From Coriobacteriales bacterium (GTDB taxonomy: Bacteria; Actinomycetota; Coriobacteriia; Coriobacteriales; CADBOM01), in contig CAXXJK010000005.1 of assembly GCA_963665595.2 (NCBI GenBank), forward strand, positions 536,778 through 560,777: 24,000 nucleotides of DNA, read 5' to 3'. This document shows, one piece after another, positions 1-8,541 of this stretch. The position numbers were made by a program, and so were the translations under genes. Position 1 is the first letter of the stretch, and each line of letters starts with the position of its first letter. Below the pieces are notes generated by a model. It was given only the letters and a program-made list of their open reading frames with translations. It ran no database searches and was not told where the DNA came from.

Positions 1-8
1 CTTCATGA

Positions 9-752
9 CTATATCACCTTGTCTAGCGCTGCTTCAACATCGAGCCCCAGATGATTCAAGATACGTTCATAATCGCTTACATAGTCGACTTCGGCCCAGA
101 AGGCACCATCCACATCAAGTACGTCAACAGGGTGTTTGTCGCACGAGCGATAGAGGGCATCTTCCCACCACATGTTATAGTTTTCATGCCAGATGAGGCG
201 GTCAAGGTTTTCAATAAAGGTGGGAAGGAATGCTGCGCTGATCTTAGCAATGCCCACATATTCGCAGGAGCGGCGCTCAAGCGTCAGCTCTTTGCCATAT
301 TCTGTGATCTTGTCATTCTCTAGGTGAAAGAAGTAATCTCCGTCTACACAACGGGTGCGATCACCGAGCATTACTGCAGGCGAATCAAAGTCGAGAAGTT
401 TAGTAAGGATATCTTCATCCCAGTAGACATCTGCATTTGCAAGCAGCAGATCTTCACCGGACGTTGCGGCATCGATCAAAGCCTGTCGCGCGATCCATAA
501 TGAACCAATAGAATTAGTAACCCGGTAGAACGGATTTTCAAAATATATGATGCTCTTATAGCGAGAAAGCGCTGCTTTGACCGTTTCTTTTTCATAGCCA
601 ATGATGAAGTCAGGCTCGATATTGTGTTTTTCCATCATGCGTACCGTGTGACCAGCTATGGTGTCTTCACCGATTGCAAGAGTGCTTTTTGGACAATTAA
701 TTTTGGAATTAAGACGGCTGCCAACACCGGCTGCCATGAAGATCGCTTTCAT
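9..752 (-). CDS. LicC-like nucleotidyltransferase (sugar-/choline-phosphate nucleotidyltransferase fold)
   Basis: Complete 247-aa ORF. N-terminal MKAIFMAAGVGSRL glycine-rich NTP loop and overall layout typical of NTP_transferase/LicC-type enzymes. GAGAG SD-like sequence ~8 nt upstream of the ATG. Confidence 0.8.
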   Translation of the reverse strand: MKAIFMAAGVGSRLNSKINCPKSTLAIGEDTIAGHTVRMMEKHNIEPDFIIGYEKETVKAALSRYKSIIYFENPFYRVTNSIGSLWIARQALIDAATSGEDLLLANADVYWDEDILTKLLDFDSPAVMLGDRTRCVDGDYFFHLENDKITEYGKELTLERRSCEYVGIAKISAAFLPTFIENLDRLIWHENYNMWWEDALYRSCDKHPVDVLDVDGAFWAEVDYVSDYERILNHLGLDVEAALDKVI

Positions 753-962
753 TAATGGCTCTCATTCGATATATGATTTCTATCCACAACTCAAGTCTAT
801 CAGAAAATCAGGTGGTGCAGTTAGGGGTGATACATCACCGTGTAAAAGACATGTAATGTCACTTTATGTGAAGGTAGTGGAGGAACTCCCAACTCATGTC
901 TGTTTGCTACTGACGGAATGAACGAAAACCGCTATACTATCAAACGCACTTCGTATGAAGTC

Positions 963-1038
963 GCCAACCTAGCTCAGTTGGTAGAGCAACGCACTCGTAA
1001 TGCGTAGGTCAGGGGTTCGAATCCCCTGGTTGGCTCCA
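963..1038 (+). tRNA. tRNA-Thr (anticodon CGT), CCA encoded
   Basis: Hand-folded cloverleaf. Acceptor GCCAACC/GGTTGGC, D arm GCTC-AGTTGGTA-GAGC, anticodon arm ACGCA-CTCGTAA-TGCGT, T arm AGGGG-TTCGAAT-CCCCT, then T-CCA. Confidence 0.92.
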
Positions 1039-1049
1039 TAAAATACCGG

Positions 1050-1092
1050 CCCGTTTACCGCATAACCCCCGGTAAGCGGGTTTTTGTTTTTC
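1050..1092 (+). terminator. Intrinsic terminator after tRNA-Thr
   Basis: CCCGTTTACCG (1050-1060) pairs with CGGTAAGCGGG (1070-1080), including one G-U. Followed by TTTTTGTTTTT. Confidence 0.75.
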
Positions 1093-1238
1093 GCCTGAGG
1101 TTTTACCTGCGAAAATGGCGTTTCTGCAGGTAAATGGCAAGGGCGCAAAGAATGGATGCATCGGATTAGAAGTCCGACGGTTGCTCGCAGCCATCAATTC
1201 TGAAACTATACGGTCAAGATGCAAATTCGGACAATGCC

Positions 1239-2315
1239 CTATACGTAACGCAATGAGCAAGAAAATTGCGCTTTGGTAGAAATCTTTACTACGTCATTGT
1301 CCTGAGGCGCGTGTATATAAGCGCCTCCACCGTCTTCAATACAGATACCCACGTGTCCGTCTTTCCAGAGGATATCACCTGCGCGCGCCGCGCTCACAGA
1401 ACGTATCTCGCGTGCGTTTGCGTACTGAGAGCCCGTGTAGTGATCAAGCGAGATCCCAATACATGAATAGCAATATTTGGTGAGGCCTGAGCAGTCAAAC
1501 GCCACGCCGGGGCTCTCTGCACCCCATACATAGGGAACACCACGTTGCGAATAGGCAGCTGCGACCACTGTGCTGAGTGCTGAGCCGTCAGAGGAGTAGC
1601 TAGGGGAAGAGCCTGAAGACGAGCCTCCCGAGGAGGATCTGCTTGCCGCAGCCGCGGCTGCGGCATCCTCTGCGGCTTTTTCTGAGTCGAGCAGTTCTTT
1701 AACTTGAGTGTTAAGGCTGTTTAGCTTGGCACGATATTGCTGAGTGAGCTGCTCTGCTTGGTCGCGTGCGGCCGCTGCTGCGTTCAGTCGTTCTTGAGCG
1801 GTGTCAGCCTGCCGAGCATATTCGGTATGTGCCGCTTCCGCTTCCGCTTTTGCTGCATTAAGCTGTCCAACTAGGTCGGCATCTTGAGAGTTCAACTTGT
1901 TCAGTATATCCCAGGTATTGACAAAGTCTGCAAATGAGGCGGCCCCTAACAGTACGTCAAGATAGGAGACTTCGCCATTTTTATACATGCTTGCCGCACG
2001 GGAAGAAAGCTTACCCTGTGTGGATGAGATAACGGTCTGCGCAGCATCAATGCGGTCCTGTGCGGCGTTCATGGCATCAACGGCGGCGTCGTGTTCGCTT
2101 AACGCTTCATAGTAGGCATCAGATGTCTGGTCGAGTTGAGCCTGCCATTGGGCAAGCTGTGCGGAGACCTCATCGGCTTGTGCCTGAACTTCAGCAGCAG
2201 TGAGCGCAAACGCTCGTTTTGTAAAGCTCAGAGAAGATAATTCGATGCTTGCAACCATCACGGCAGCGGCAGTAAGGAAGGTACGGCGAGAAAGTACTTG
2301 TTGGTTCATAGGCAT
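1239..2315 (-). CDS. Tat-exported coiled-coil NlpC/P60 peptidoglycan endopeptidase (RipA/CwlO-like architecture)
   Basis: 358 aa. Twin-arginine-like signal LSRRTFLTAAAV...AFA. Long Ala/Gln/Glu-rich coiled-coil region and a Ser/Gly linker. C-terminal NlpC/P60 core (VPYVWGAESPGVAFDCSGL ... GHVGI ... IHAP). AAGGAGAAG SD 6 nt before the ATG. Confidence 0.88.
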   Translation of the reverse strand: MPMNQQVLSRRTFLTAAAVMVASIELSSLSFTKRAFALTAAEVQAQADEVSAQLAQWQAQLDQTSDAYYEALSEHDAAVDAMNAAQDRIDAAQTVISSTQGKLSSRAASMYKNGEVSYLDVLLGAASFADFVNTWDILNKLNSQDADLVGQLNAAKAEAEAAHTEYARQADTAQERLNAAAAARDQAEQLTQQYRAKLNSLNTQVKELLDSEKAAEDAAAAAAASRSSSGGSSSGSSPSYSSDGSALSTVVAAAYSQRGVPYVWGAESPGVAFDCSGLTKYCYSCIGISLDHYTGSQYANAREIRSVSAARAGDILWKDGHVGICIEDGGGAYIHAPQDNDVVKISTKAQFSCSLRYV

Positions 2316-2675
2316 GTTCTTCTCCTTGCCAGAACCGATGCATAGAGCGTGATAAATGGGGTATATGAGTTAAGGGAAAGGCTCAATCCTGGGCTACGTT
2401 TATGCATCGATATTCAGGTTTGAATCGAAAACAGAATCAATCTTATAGCCACATGGTAGCAGAAAAGCAAACAGGTGCACGGGGTTCACTCATTTTTCAC
2501 ACTCAGTCGATCAACAAATCATGAATTGCCCTTCTATTGTTTAAAAGACAGCGATAATTCTTTTATGTATCAGTAATTTGCATTTGCATATCAAGCATAA
2601 CTGAACTATATTCGAGAAGGATTGTAAGATGGCGAGCGTGGGGCTCTTTCTAGATGAGGCGGCGTAGCTAAAGAT

Positions 2676-3437
2676 ATGAAGAGTACGACAGACAGAACTG
2701 GACGTGCGTCCAGAAGAGATATACGTCTCGATATCCAGAAAGATTTAGAATCACCGGCTAAGATAGTTGCCGATGTTTGCGATTATCTCAAAATCGAACA
2801 CGATCTTGTGGTCGTGCTGCTATCCGGTTGCACGGATGAAAAGGCGGCTCATACGTTCATATCTTCGATATACAATGAGCTGAAGAACAGCGATGCCTCA
2901 TCGACAAATTCCACGTTGAGAATCTCTCTCATGGACACATGCGCACATCTTGAGTATTGGTCTGATGAAGGAGATTATTCAGCAATTGTTGACACACTTA
3001 TGACGGAGGCTAACGAGTTCGTCGAACGATATTTTCCTGAAATCAGACATGCCGGCAGGACATATCGTTGGGAGAGATCTCGTATGGACGAGATACGCAC
3101 CGATCTTGTCAAACTTGAACTCCACGTCGCCTTTACGGAATTCATGTGTTCAAATAATTTCTCAGACTCTTCTCAGATAACTTCCGAGGGGAGAACGGCA
3201 TTTGAGTATGTGTGCAAAATTCTTGCACGGCTGCAAACCGCTTGTTCCGACATGGTACAGGGATTGAACGCCTTGGGCCCGAATTTCGAAGTAGTGGACT
3301 GGGAAGTTAACCTTTTATCGGTGCAGGTTCAAGACGAAAAGGTTGTCATGCACCTAATGACTGCTGTGCTGATTGTCTCGATTCTTACCTGCATCATATC
3401 TATTCTGCATGTGGCGATTGTTCTGATCGGGTATTAA
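2676..3437 (+). CDS. Hypothetical tail-anchored membrane protein, paralog A of the 15647..16402 product
   Basis: 253-aa ORF, soluble N-terminal ~215 aa plus one C-terminal hydrophobic helix (VVMHLMTAVLIVSILTCIISILHVAIVLIGY). Collinear similarity to the second copy supports that it is real. I recognise no known domain. Confidence 0.6.
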   Translation: MKSTTDRTGRASRRDIRLDIQKDLESPAKIVADVCDYLKIEHDLVVVLLSGCTDEKAAHTFISSIYNELKNSDASSTNSTLRISLMDTCAHLEYWSDEGDYSAIVDTLMTEANEFVERYFPEIRHAGRTYRWERSRMDEIRTDLVKLELHVAFTEFMCSNNFSDSSQITSEGRTAFEYVCKILARLQTACSDMVQGLNALGPNFEVVDWEVNLLSVQVQDEKVVMHLMTAVLIVSILTCIISILHVAIVLIGY

Positions 3438-4074
3438 ATTTTCGTGTTGTCTCGTCAACGAATATGACTCCAGACAAAATGATCAATGAAACACCAAACG
3501 AAGCTACAGTATCAGTTAGCCAGTGATATCCCAGATAGAGGCGACTGAGAGCAGTTATTGTTGCCCCTACCAACGCAAAAATGCTCCAAACACACAGTCT
3601 TTTTGGGGTGAAGTCGCGAGAATAGATGAGATAGCCCAATACCAGTAGAAAGACCATGGCTCCAAGCGTGTGTCCTGAGGGGAAGGAGTAATCGGTCTCA
3701 AAGGGAGCAATCATGTAGATTTGTGCGGGACGCAAAACCATAGTCAGGCATTTTATGCTGAGCGAAAGGATTGCAGTAAAGCCGAGAGACCCGATAAACA
3801 GAAGAGGACGTTGCCACTCATGGCGCAAGGCCACCCAAATGATAAAGATTACAAGAGAGATAACCGTAAGTGATAGGGGACTTGCGAGGGTGGTTATACC
3901 TAACGCTAGTTGCGTGAGAAAGAGATCGCGATGATCGAACATCCAAAGAAGAATCGGTTGGTCAAAAATTCCGATACCGTGTTGTTGACTTGCCCCAACC
4001 GCCGCAATCACAAGGAAGATAACGCCCATGATGAAACAAGATAGGGAGACGAAACAACGCTGCTTGTGTGTCAA
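3400..4074 (-). CDS. PAP2-family membrane phosphatase (undecaprenyl-diphosphate/lipid phosphatase type)
   Basis: 224 aa, polytopic. All three PAP2 motifs present: KCLTMVLRP (Kx6RP), PSGH, SRLYLGYHWLTD (SRx5Hx3D). The start is TTG in the track and is uncertain. Confidence 0.85.
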   Translation of the reverse strand: MTHKQRCFVSLSCFIMGVIFLVIAAVGASQQHGIGIFDQPILLWMFDHRDLFLTQLALGITTLASPLSLTVISLVIFIIWVALRHEWQRPLLFIGSLGFTAILSLSIKCLTMVLRPAQIYMIAPFETDYSFPSGHTLGAMVFLLVLGYLIYSRDFTPKRLCVWSIFALVGATITALSRLYLGYHWLTDTVASFGVSLIILSGVIFVDETTRKFNTRSEQSPHAE

Positions 4075-4290
4075 TGGCTTCGTAACGATACCTCCGATAA
4101 CGCTTGCGCCGTTCCATTTTCAACCTCAAAGAAAGAAGGGTGTCGAGTATAGCACGTTCAACCCGTTTGATAAAAAAAATTGACGGGCGTGTTGAGAAAA
4201 GCATAGGGCATGGGGTGATTAGGAACGGGGTACCGTACGGCCGCAGGGGGCTACTGAGCCGATCATCCGCAAATTTGTTGGGAAGGGTTG

Positions 4291-4318
4291 CCACTGTAGG
4301 GCTACCACCGTAGGGCTT
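4291..4318. repeat. Tandem 14-bp direct repeat (CCACTGTAGGGCTA / CCACCGTAGGGCTT)
   Basis: Read directly from the sequence. It sits where GC-rich sequence changes to the AT-rich stretch upstream of the lectin gene. A CTTGAAT-aca-ATTCAAG hairpin follows immediately (4315-4331). Confidence 0.7.
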
Positions 4319-4585
4319 GAATACAATTCAAGATGAGTCAAACTAAAATTTATAATATGTATAGCAAAATTTATATAAACTCAATAAAAGTATCGATTTA
4401 TAATTATTAAAAATTTGATTTGTGTGCAAAAGATGATACTGCCAGAATGAGTATCATCGCGATGGAAACTAATCCTATTATACGGTTCATAGACTACTAA
4501 AATATTGCGATTTGATGCGCGTGCAAGTGGGGTGAACTCGGGCAGCGAGCATGCGGCTTGAGTGTTGTGTATAGGAGGAAAGACA

Positions 4586-7468
4586 ATGAGAACCAAACGT
4601 ACTTCATGGGCTTCAAAATTTGTTGCCATTTTCGTGACGGTCGTGATGGTAACGTCCCTTGTTCCCGTCTCATATGCTTCAGGACAAACAGCTACGGTCA
4701 CTTCTCAGCCAACAGTGGCAGCGGAGAGCACACTGAGTTCGAGCACACTGAGTTCGAGCACACAGTCTGGCGGAACCGAGACCGTAGCAATAACTCAAGA
4801 TGTGGGCCAGACATCGCTTGACGCACAATCTGATCTGACGGCTATGGGTGTTAATCCGTTTCTGACCACCTATACGCAACAGACTAATTCTACCGTTGTT
4901 ACCGTAACCATACCCAATTATGACAATCTTATTGTACTAGGGGCAACATCAGTTGTTGTTGAGGTCACGATGAGCTATGACGGAGTAACCACCCGTGATG
5001 TTCAGTTCAAGAAATCTCTCTCAAGTCTTTCTGGCGGAGATCATAGTTTCACTGTGGACTTTACTACGTATGGCAAATTTACTGTTGATACCAAATACTA
5101 CAATGGTACCTCTATCATGAGTTATTCTCAGGAAACAAAAGGTATCACTGCTGCTGAATACAATATCGCACCATTAGGATCCACCTTTCCGGTAACGTTG
5201 TTCTCACTTTCTCTTTGGGATATCACTAAGAACTCAAGTGGTAATGTCGTTCCAACGATTACACTTCTTGAGCGGCCTACGGCGTACAATTGGGACTGTC
5301 TTCCGAATGGTGTCTACTCTCTTCCCTATATAACAGAAGATGAAGCTGCAAACGCAGGTAGCTGGATGTTCAAGCAGAAATATGCGGCCGTCATGGATGC
5401 CTATGTACGTGATCTCTATGAACTAAGCCCCGATTCAAAATTCAATTTCTACTTCGACGATTTCTTTGTTGGTCTCATACAGTCTGAAATCTATGCGAAC
5501 AAAATTCCCTCAAGCCAATACACCATTAAGTTACTTTCTGATGGCGGGTTTAGTGCTTCCTCATTCCAGAGAACATACACGACGGCCAATGCTAGCGATG
5601 TACAAACGAGCTTGATCAGCAGTTGGAACACTGCTAAAGATTATGCGTATGAAACGGGTACGGTTGCTGACGGATTCAGTCAGTATTTCTGTGCTGACTA
5701 CGTATATGCCGCTGTGGCGAGTGAGACGAATATCGAATGGTGGATAGGGCGTAAAGCACTGCTTACCAGCGGAACGAAGGATAACTCTGGGGCGATACTG
5801 ACCGGTGATGGCGATGCTTTTGGTGCTATCGCTCGGAGTAACCCCAAGGTGGTTCAGAAGAGCATAGCAACCATGCTGACTTCCTTGCAGGCAAAAGGCC
5901 CCGATACGGTGGCAGCGTTCAAGGCACTCTATAACTTTAATGATGGATATTTCTCTGAGGCGGCCAAACAGGGCAAGAAGGTCATGCTTTTGCTCGGTGC
6001 TTGGGATGGTAGGAGCATGCCGATCGAGATTACCGATTACGCGCGTTTCGCCGAGACCTACTACGGCAGCGATTATCTCTACTACTATAAGGGTCATCCG
6101 GCAACGCCCATGGAGTTATACCCGGCATTTGCTACGGGACTTGACGAGATAGGGGTTACGCCTATAGATGCGTCGATCGCTGCCGAGATTGTGCTGTTCT
6201 TCAACCCCGATATCTATCTGTCAGGGTTTGCTTCAACGACGTGGCAAAGTGTTTCTGGCGATATGGCTGCCACGCTGTTTGGCATGACGAAAGCCGTTGC
6301 GGCCGCCTCTACCACTAACACTTCTGCGGATACAAATGCGTTCATCTCTCTTGCGGTCTCGTATCCTGATGCGACAGTTCAAGCGCTCTGTACGGCAGGC
6401 AATACCTGCTATGTGGTCGAATTTGCGAACGATATTCTTGCGACGGTCGATTATACGATCGCTATTTGGGACGCAACAAGCAACACATTATCTTATTACA
6501 AACTTGACGGTACTACCTATAGTCTGGTGAGGACCGTTGCTTGGCCGGGTAGTGGTGGCGGCCAAGGAGAGGACAAAGGCCCTATCGAAGATGGTGTCTA
6601 TACCATAAGTTGTAAGGGTACCGAAAGCTCAATGGTTGAAGTCGATAATTCTTCGACCGATGAGGGTGCGAATGTTCAGATTTATACGGATAATTCGACG
6701 AGCGGCGAACGCTTCCGACTAATCTATAAGGGCGATGGTTACTATAACATTCAGAATGTTAATTCTGGCAAAATGCTTGACGTGGAGTGGGCTGGCATGA
6801 CGATGGGCACCAATGTCTGGCAGTATACCGATAATGGATGCGACTCTGAAAAATGGCTTCTTGTTGATACGGGCGATGGGGATAATTCTTACTATCTCGT
6901 CTCTAAATTAAACGGCCTGTATTTGGATCGTTCCTACAATTCAAGTAGTGACGGTACCAACATCATGGTCTGGGCTGGCAATGGGCTTAATAATCAAAAG
7001 TTTTACTTTAATGATACTGAAACGGTAAAATCGGGCACTTATAGCATGCACTCAGGACTTGATGAAGACAAAGTAGTAGACATTCAGTGGAATTCAACGG
7101 ATGATGGCGGAAACGTTTGGCTTTATTCTGACTATGGATTTGATAATCAAAAGTTTGTATTTGCCTATGATTCAAATACGGGTTATTACGGGATTCAGAG
7201 TGTGAGTTCTGGTAAGATGCTCGATGTTCAATGGGGCGACAGCGCGTCGGGAACCAACGTATGGCAATATTCTGCCAATGGTCTACCGGCGCAGCAGTGG
7301 AGCATTAAAGCCCGTGAGGACGGAGCCTACATCATCAGTTCAGCCACAGGGGGATGCTGCCTTGATGTTACCAACGCGCAAACTGACGACGGCACAAATA
7401 TTCAGGCGTGGACGCGAAATGAATATCCGTCGCAACAGTGGATATTAGAAGAAATCCTTCCCCTGTAG
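4586..7468 (+). CDS. Secreted multidomain protein: signal peptide, S/T linker, Ig-like beta region, GT80-like (sialyltransferase-fold) core, two C-terminal ricin-type beta-trefoil lectin domains
   Basis: Track ORF 4562..7468. I prefer the ATG at 4586, preceded by TAGGAGGAAAGACA. Signal peptide MRTKRTSWASKFVAIFVTVVMVTSLVPVSYA/SGQ. Core motifs KLLSDGG, LLLGAWDG, YYYKGHPATP, AAEIVLFF, GFASTTW. Six QxW-type subrepeats (ERFRLI, SEKWLL, NQKFYF, NQKFVF, AQQWSI, SQQWIL). A strong terminator follows. Confidence 0.88.
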   Translation: MRTKRTSWASKFVAIFVTVVMVTSLVPVSYASGQTATVTSQPTVAAESTLSSSTLSSSTQSGGTETVAITQDVGQTSLDAQSDLTAMGVNPFLTTYTQQTNSTVVTVTIPNYDNLIVLGATSVVVEVTMSYDGVTTRDVQFKKSLSSLSGGDHSFTVDFTTYGKFTVDTKYYNGTSIMSYSQETKGITAAEYNIAPLGSTFPVTLFSLSLWDITKNSSGNVVPTITLLERPTAYNWDCLPNGVYSLPYITEDEAANAGSWMFKQKYAAVMDAYVRDLYELSPDSKFNFYFDDFFVGLIQSEIYANKIPSSQYTIKLLSDGGFSASSFQRTYTTANASDVQTSLISSWNTAKDYAYETGTVADGFSQYFCADYVYAAVASETNIEWWIGRKALLTSGTKDNSGAILTGDGDAFGAIARSNPKVVQKSIATMLTSLQAKGPDTVAAFKALYNFNDGYFSEAAKQGKKVMLLLGAWDGRSMPIEITDYARFAETYYGSDYLYYYKGHPATPMELYPAFATGLDEIGVTPIDASIAAEIVLFFNPDIYLSGFASTTWQSVSGDMAATLFGMTKAVAAASTTNTSADTNAFISLAVSYPDATVQALCTAGNTCYVVEFANDILATVDYTIAIWDATSNTLSYYKLDGTTYSLVRTVAWPGSGGGQGEDKGPIEDGVYTISCKGTESSMVEVDNSSTDEGANVQIYTDNSTSGERFRLIYKGDGYYNIQNVNSGKMLDVEWAGMTMGTNVWQYTDNGCDSEKWLLVDTGDGDNSYYLVSKLNGLYLDRSYNSSSDGTNIMVWAGNGLNNQKFYFNDTETVKSGTYSMHSGLDEDKVVDIQWNSTDDGGNVWLYSDYGFDNQKFVFAYDSNTGYYGIQSVSSGKMLDVQWGDSASGTNVWQYSANGLPAQQWSIKAREDGAYIISSATGGCCLDVTNAQTDDGTNIQAWTRNEYPSQQWILEEILPL
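4728..4765 (+). repeat. 15-bp in-frame tandem repeat (AGCACACTGAGTTCG x2.5) encoding STLSS repeats in the post-signal linker
   Basis: Read directly: units at 4728-4742 and 4743-4757, partial third unit 4758-4765. Confidence 0.85.
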
Positions 7469-7509
7469 GAATTAAGCTCTGTGATTGTCATAAGAAAGCT
7501 GACGTAAAC

Positions 7510-7556
7510 AAGAAACCCTGGTAGGCGATTAATCGCCTACCAGGGTTTCTTGTTTA
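7510..7556 (+). terminator. Intrinsic terminator of the lectin gene
   Basis: Perfect 21-bp palindromic stem: AAGAAACCCTGGTAGGCGATT (7510-7530) with AATCGCCTACCAGGGTTTCTT (7531-7551), then GTTT. Confidence 0.85.
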
Positions 7557-7697
7557 AACTTAATGCCCTTATAACTAAATGCAGAGGGGACGACTCTGCT
7601 AGTAAGGTGTTTTGTTGACAATGATTAATCATTATTGGCGCGGTTATTACGTAAGCGCATAACGGTGCCAATACAGTTACGTTCTTGATCCAGTGTC

Positions 7698-8045
7698 TTA
7701 TGCGGTTGTCATAGTATCGCTGCGAGTAATGGACTGGCCAATTTCCTTTTCAAAAAGGATATATCGTTTTACTCGATCCTTCGAGTCTTCATTTAAGGAT
7801 ATGATGGAGTAATAGATATCTTTAGCGTCGTGGTCTCGTTCTCGATCAAAGAGTTCGTCTATCGATATATTCAATGCCTCACAGATGCGCGGCACGATTT
7901 CTATGTCAATTGAGTTTTTTCCATTGAGCCAGTTTGACACGGCTTGATCGGAAACCCCCATCAGTAGCGCAAAATCTTTTTGCTTCATATTCGTACGGGA
8001 TAGATAGAAATTGAGATTCATTTTGATATCATTCTTCGTCCCCAT
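7698..8045 (-). CDS. XRE-family helix-turn-helix transcriptional regulator (cI-like, HTH plus C-terminal extension)
   Basis: NFYLSRTNMKQKDFALLMGVSDQAVSNWLNGKNSIDIEIVPRICEALNISIDELF is a typical HTH_3 domain. Track start is 8057. The ATG at 8045 has GGAGGAA 5 nt upstream and is preferred. Confidence 0.82.
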   Translation of the reverse strand: MGTKNDIKMNLNFYLSRTNMKQKDFALLMGVSDQAVSNWLNGKNSIDIEIVPRICEALNISIDELFDRERDHDAKDIYYSIISLNEDSKDRVKRYILFEKEIGQSITRSDTMTTA

Positions 8046-8089
8046 GATTTCCTCCATACCAAGTTCCGTTATTATGACTATTTGTTAAT

Positions 8090-8116
8090 ATTATAGTATA
8101 ACTTTATTATGTTCAA
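8090..8116 (-). promoter_or_regulatory. Candidate sigma70-type promoter of the XRE gene (TTGAAC-N15-TATAAT on the minus strand)
   Basis: GTTCAA at 8111-8116 and ATTATA at 8090-8095 on the plus strand. The 15-nt spacer is short. It overlaps a plus-strand TTGTTA-N17-TATTAT (8082-8110), giving a face-to-face arrangement. Confidence 0.35.
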
Positions 8117-8452
8117 TAACATTATTAGGTTTAAATATGACATTTGGCACTTTGCGAAATCAAAATGAGAGGATTTTTAATTCAAATTATTAAGTCGTAT
8201 GTACGACACCAGTGGTTATTATCGTTGTTATATTCAGTAATTTTAATATAAAAATAGGCAAACAATTTGCTTTGCTAAATTTTTTCATAAGCATCTACCG
8301 TTGTTCAAGGCAGCGTATCCTTGCTAATGCGTTACTGATGAGAACAAGCAGGGCTTTTATGATCATACTCATTCCCTGATAGGTAGGGGAATAAAGCCTT
8401 CTGTATAGGCGATAGTTTTTGATAACGAATTTGTTTAAGCATGTTTATTGTT

Positions 8453-8480
8453 TTGACTTTTTTCGCAATAGATTTATTAT
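8453..8480 (+). promoter_or_regulatory. Candidate promoter of the small XRE/Cro-like gene (TTGACT-N16-TATTAT)
   Basis: TTGACT at 8453-8458 and TATTAT at 8475-8480. The 11-mer TTTATTATGTT covering this -10 recurs at 8103-8113. Confidence 0.4.
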
Positions 8481-8541
8481 GTTAAACGTAGGAAATAGTT
8501 TCTACTCAAACAGTAGGTCTCTTCGCTGGGTCACTCGAGAA

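Noticed and set aside
1009-1260. 83-aa minus-strand ORF overlapping the tRNA-Thr 3' end and its terminator. Other small ORFs nest in or lie antisense to larger genes, e.g. 5561..6097(-), 12280..12717(-), 13242..13805(-), 16000..16359(-), 19945..20385(-), 3962..4294(-) and 4381..4701(-).
   Set aside because: They overlap strongly supported genes or RNAs on the opposite strand or in another frame, lack RBSs, and have skewed, non-protein-like composition.
2316-2520. Possible c-di-AMP (ydaO) riboswitch upstream of the NlpC/P60 gene, plus a 9-bp long-range inverted repeat CGATGCATA/TATGCATCG (2336-44 / 2401-09).
   Set aside because: None of the ydaO signature blocks (GGGGUGAAUC, CCGAnCCCGnCAGCUAACCUCGUAAGCG) is present in the minus-strand leader. 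9-bp inverted repeats within 100 nt are expected several times per 24 kb by chance.
4421-4432. The 12-mer TGTGTGCAAAAG is shared between the lectin upstream region and the start of the 22697 RNA-like element.
   Set aside because: More than ten identical 12-mer pairs are expected by chance in a 24-kb window, and the flanking sequence is unrelated.
8419-8541. N-terminal extension of the small XRE ORF (TTG start at 8419, 110 aa in the track).
   Set aside because: The extension is hydrophobic and low-complexity, begins with TTG without an RBS, and contains the best promoter candidate (8453-8480) for the gene itself.
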